Origin: a virus
DNA: 64,000 nt
Strand: one strand, 5' to 3'
Virus record (IMG/VR): IMGVR_UViG_3300042309_002578
Location: 1-64,000 of that record
Position 1 is the first letter of the stretch. Each line of letters starts with the position of its first letter. The notes under the pieces were generated by a model that saw only the letters and a list, made by a program, of their open reading frames with translations, was not told where the DNA came from and did no database searches. This document shows, piece by piece, positions 61,512 through 64,000 of the stretch. The position numbers and the translations under genes are program-made.

Positions 61512-63530
61512 ATGGTCAAGGTATCCATAGAGGACAGAATTTCTGGCAGCGAAAGCAACGCGCTCAAAGCGATGTCTTTGATGCCCTATGATTTAAAATT
61601 TTCCATCATAGTTGGATTATCAACATTAAGTCTTGTTGGGGCAATTATGTCTCATAAAGGAACTGCTGTTTCTACCACAAACTATATATTTTGTGGTAAG
61701 CAGATTGTTAACAAAAAAAATAGAGAAATTAAAACTTTCTGCGACAAATGGAAAAAGCCTTATGTTTTTAACGCTGAATTAACATCGGCAAAACTTCCAA
61801 AGGGAGCGAAAATAATTGAAGATACCCCAGCCACGTCCCCGCTACAGGGCTGGATTACCCTTGGTTCGGGACTAATGTTCGCTGGCGTTGCTGTGCTATC
61901 GAATAGCATAGCTGAGGACAGAAGAATTACAGACCCTCACAGACGAATTGGTGAAATGCGAGACTATGAATTGTCTCGCGGTGTTGCTGCCATTCAAGTC
62001 AAAGAAAAATCACAAGCACTCACCCAGGAAGTATTTACCGGTAGCGCGAACTCGCAGAATGTTTTGCCACCAGTTTCAGAGCAAGTCAACTTAAGCAGCG
62101 AAGAGGTGATCAGAAGACTATTTAGTTTATTTTCAAACAGAAAACTTGATGCTCAATACTATGGTTCTGTAAATGCACCAAGCTTCAATCGCATTAAAAT
62201 TGGCATTGGAAATGGCACAAAATATAGCGTTCTTGACAAGCTATCTAAGGATATTAAAATTGCCTGTGCATTGCGGATTGATCCGTTAATTTCTGCCCAG
62301 ACTGGCTATGTGGCCATAGATATTGCTAAATCTTCAGCAGATAGACGAATAATTCACTACGAAGATTATTCTCTGAAAATGGACAGAGAAAGGCTAACAT
62401 TTGCGATTGGGGTAGATATTGAATGCAAGCTTGTCGAGGTTGATATGTCTTCGCCAGACAGTGTTTGTCCAAGTTTTTTGATTGGCGGAACACCAAGATG
62501 TGGAAAATCTCAGCTTGTTATGAGCTTTGTAATATCCGTGATGGATCGATTTACACCAGAGCAAGTTCAATTTATAATTATTGACCCCAAGCAAGTAGAT
62601 TTTAGAATCTTTGAAAATTTGGCGTGGGTAAAAGAATATAAGTGCTTTGCCGAAGATGCAATAGAAGTTTTGAATGACTTACTCGAAGAATCTCAAGACA
62701 GATATTCAAAATTTGCCAAAGTCGGCGCACGAAATTTGGCAGAATATCAAGATATGGGATATAAAATGCCTCGGCTGGTTGTGATTTATGACGAGTACGC
62801 CGACCATGTTGGCGACAAGGAAAACAAAGCGACACTTGAGAAGGTGTTGCCCAGGATTGCAGCGATCGCATCAGCAGCAGGGATTCATTTAGTATTCTCA
62901 ACTCAACGCCCAGATAAGGATGTTGTGACCCCATTGATTAGATCAAACCTGCCCGGAAGGATAGCCCTCAGAACAAAAACAGCCGCCGATGGTGCAATTA
63001 TTATGGGTCGGGAATGTGCTGCGAATTATTTGCTTGGGCGTGGCGACTTGATTTACGATTCCCCAGAGGATGGATATGTTCGGTTGCAGTCACTTTTTGT
63101 TGGTGATATCAACAAAGTTAAGGAAATTGTTGCTGGACTTTCTGAAAAATACCCCAATAAAAATATTTTTTCAAGAACAAAAATTGCCGAAAAAATAGAC
63201 AGAGAAAAAGTGTATAACTCAAATGATATTATTGCCAGAACTAAAGCGGCTATGACAAATAAATCTCGAATAGGTGAGGGACTTTTAACAGTTACACAAG
63301 CGCAAACGGAGGAAGAGGTTTTAGTTGTCATCAGGCTGGCTTTACTAGAGGAGCAAAACCATGTTCTTTTGGTAATTAAATTGTGGGGAAATTTAAGTGA
63401 TTATCCGCCAGGAAATGCTAAATGTTTGATGGAGAAATATAGCAATTTACTGAAAGACTGCATAGTTGAAATAGAAAAACAAGGGTTTTCAAAATCAAAT
63501 AATTGGGGTTTTTCTGTAGAAAACATATAA
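61512..63530 (+). CDS. ftsK: FtsK/SpoIIIE-family DNA translocase
   Basis: Two N-terminal TMs; LIGGTPRCGKS, IIDPK, VIYDEYAD, GIHLVFSTQRP, LLGRGD. Confidence 0.9.
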   Translation: MVKVSIEDRISGSESNALKAMSLMPYDLKFSIIVGLSTLSLVGAIMSHKGTAVSTTNYIFCGKQIVNKKNREIKTFCDKWKKPYVFNAELTSAKLPKGAKIIEDTPATSPLQGWITLGSGLMFAGVAVLSNSIAEDRRITDPHRRIGEMRDYELSRGVAAIQVKEKSQALTQEVFTGSANSQNVLPPVSEQVNLSSEEVIRRLFSLFSNRKLDAQYYGSVNAPSFNRIKIGIGNGTKYSVLDKLSKDIKIACALRIDPLISAQTGYVAIDIAKSSADRRIIHYEDYSLKMDRERLTFAIGVDIECKLVEVDMSSPDSVCPSFLIGGTPRCGKSQLVMSFVISVMDRFTPEQVQFIIIDPKQVDFRIFENLAWVKEYKCFAEDAIEVLNDLLEESQDRYSKFAKVGARNLAEYQDMGYKMPRLVVIYDEYADHVGDKENKATLEKVLPRIAAIASAAGIHLVFSTQRPDKDVVTPLIRSNLPGRIALRTKTAADGAIIMGRECAANYLLGRGDLIYDSPEDGYVRLQSLFVGDINKVKEIVAGLSEKYPNKNIFSRTKIAEKIDREKVYNSNDIIARTKAAMTNKSRIGEGLLTVTQAQTEEEVLVVIRLALLEEQNHVLLVIKLWGNLSDYPPGNAKCLMEKYSNLLKDCIVEIEKQGFSKSNNWGFSVENI

Positions 63531-63623
63531 AAAGTTTCACCAAAAATATTGACTTTTTATATGTTTTTGGGTATTATATATACAGAAAAATAAAACACCA
63601 AATTCAATCAAAAAAGAAGCAAA

Positions 63624-63962
63624 ATGGATACAAGTCAAAAAAGAAGCAAAATGGATACAAGATCGCAGCTAAAAAAAGACGTTTCTGGCTTCATAAAAGA
63701 AGTTGTAGGAGTTGATGACCAAGACTTTAGAGATAAAGTCTTGGATGTAATCTGGAATTGTCCATTCGATGGTTATGACATAACTGGCGAGGAAAACAAA
63801 AACATCAAAGACTTAAACGAGGAGTACATAAAACAGATTCCTAAAGAAGAACACAAGAGTTTTATTCCTCGACTAAAAATTCTTCACCCTAGGTACTACC
63901 TAACTCTAAGAATTTTTGTGAGAAGGTTTGAGGCAATAGTCAAAAATGAATTAAAACATTAA
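63624..63962 (+). CDS. hypothetical protein with a 27-bp start duplication
   Basis: 63608-63634 is repeated at 63635-63661; promoter at 63549. Confidence 0.6.
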   Translation: MDTSQKRSKMDTRSQLKKDVSGFIKEVVGVDDQDFRDKVLDVIWNCPFDGYDITGEENKNIKDLNEEYIKQIPKEEHKSFIPRLKILHPRYYLTLRIFVRRFEAIVKNELKH

Positions 63963-64000
63963 TTGTGTCACACAGCAATGATAGTATAGCTAACGACTAT

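Overview
AT-rich 64-kb segment of a large cyanobacterial phage or phage-plasmid. Host inference: about 35 HIP1 octamers (GCGATCGC) counted by eye, plus cyanobacterial-type holA, holB, recJ and HU. Virion and packaging genes are scattered rather than clustered (terminase large subunit, probable small subunit, gp25-like wedge, gpV/VgrG-like spike, tail-fibre-like block). They sit beside a CyRepA1-like plasmid primase-helicase, a DUF5895-like protein, a minimal class I RNR, two helicases, FtsK, two DNA methyltransferases, AlkB, Nudix and macrodomain enzymes, and several orphan antitoxin-like genes. Most notable observations: (1) five copies of a non-coding module in which a conserved core with a sigma70-type promoter points into arrays of ~157-bp G/C-skewed repeats; (2) foreign DNA fragments inserted into native genes between short direct repeats with no transposase, including a 1.7-kb piece of another phage carrying a tRNA cluster; (3) a promoter-driven, circularly permuted tRNA-like ncRNA; (4) a tRNA-like gene with a 26-nt insertion in its anticodon loop; (5) an RNR alpha subunit lacking the canonical catalytic Glu; (6) decay of accessory genes, including the endolysin. 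All family assignments come from motif recognition by eye; no database searches were run.
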